A DNA stretch of 64,000 nucleotides. Source: Nitrospinota bacterium (lineage in GTDB: Bacteria > Nitrospinota_A > UBA7883 > JACRGQ01). The stretch covers positions 5,593 to 69,592 of the forward strand of contig JACRGR010000010.1 in assembly GCA_016212275.1 (NCBI GenBank). The letters run 5' to 3'. The notes under the pieces were generated by a model. It made no database searches. It saw only the letters and a list, made by a program, of their open reading frames with translations, and had not been told where the DNA came from. Below, piece by piece: positions 63,845 to 64,000 of the stretch (position 1 is its first letter; each line of letters begins with the position of its first letter). Position numbers and translations under genes: made by a program.

Positions 63845-63846
63845 CA

Positions 63847-64000
63847 ATGGGCATCAAGCGGGTCATCCTGCTCGGCGACGGAATGCCGGACGAGCCGATC
63901 GAGGCGCTGGGCGGCAAAACGCCGCTGATGGCGGCACACACCCCGAACATGGACCGCATGGCGCGCGAAGGCACGGTGGGGTATGTGAAGACCACGCCGG
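63847..64000 (+). CDS. Cofactor-independent phosphoglycerate mutase (ApgM)-family protein, partial (N-terminal 51 aa); matches the proposed alternative homoserine kinase context
   Basis: MGIKRVILLGDGMPDEPIEALGGKTPLMAAHTPNMDRMAREGTVGYVKTTP. It starts 3 nt after the hom stop and runs off the right window edge. Confidence 0.65.
   Translation, partial: MGIKRVILLGDGMPDEPIEALGGKTPLMAAHTPNMDRMAREGTVGYVKTTP

Noticed and set aside
1-64000. I looked for rRNA, tRNA, tmRNA, RNase P, SRP RNA, CRISPR arrays, integrases and transposases.
   Set aside because: No cloverleaf-compatible conserved tRNA boxes, no regularly spaced direct repeats and no recombinase-like ORFs were recognised in any intergenic region. 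A covariance-model scan (tRNAscan-SE, Infernal/Rfam) would be needed to exclude small RNAs formally.

Overview
High-GC chromosomal segment (hand-counted 60-nt lines give roughly 65-72% GC in core genes) from a Gram-negative-type, chemotactic bacterium that I cannot place taxonomically from sequence alone. I support 58 protein-coding loci. Two are cut by the window edges, and one of those is missing from the supplied ORF track. One locus is disrupted by an in-frame stop. Genes are tightly packed, with many 4-nt ATGA/GTGA start-stop overlaps. I recognised no rRNA, tRNA, CRISPR array, integrase or transposase. Core content: a hexosamine operon with two GlmS and two GlmU-type genes; AzlCD; a His-tailed DMT transporter plus SCO1; RarA; two MCPs; Apt; AddAB; BatAB; LolD-ClpS; YgiQ; a GT4; AccD-LeuA; S20; a TPR-adenylate cyclase; ComEC; Gap-Pgk; Rpe; a PASTA protein; a JAMM protease; an aspartase/fumarase-family lyase; a CDF transporter; an APC permease; CutA; RimO; MetV-MetF-LipA; an aminotransferase; Hom; and an ApgM-like protein. 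Three visibly AT-richer islets look acquired: a cytosine-5 methyltransferase with a putative restriction endonuclease (19.8-22.0 kb), an orphan GH108 muramidase with a 3TM holin (51.7-52.6 kb), and an MNT-HEPN pair whose HEPN gene carries a premature TAG (54.2-54.9 kb). The most unusual region is 33.5-39.8 kb. There, two paralogous GT-C (DUF2029/GT87-like) membrane glycosyltransferases bracket a TylC3-type sugar C-methyltransferase, a Gmd-like enzyme with an altered catalytic motif, and a polyprenol-phosphate-sugar synthase fused to a SAM methyltransferase. Other notable signals are a Leu-run leader ORF upstream of leuA, a GlmS paralogue with Ser in place of the catalytic Cys, -10-like hexamers sitting 6-12 nt before start codons (possible leaderless mRNAs), and small palindromic intergenic elements sharing GTCATTC...GAATGAC termini. 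All functional calls rest on by-eye motif recognition; no database search was run.
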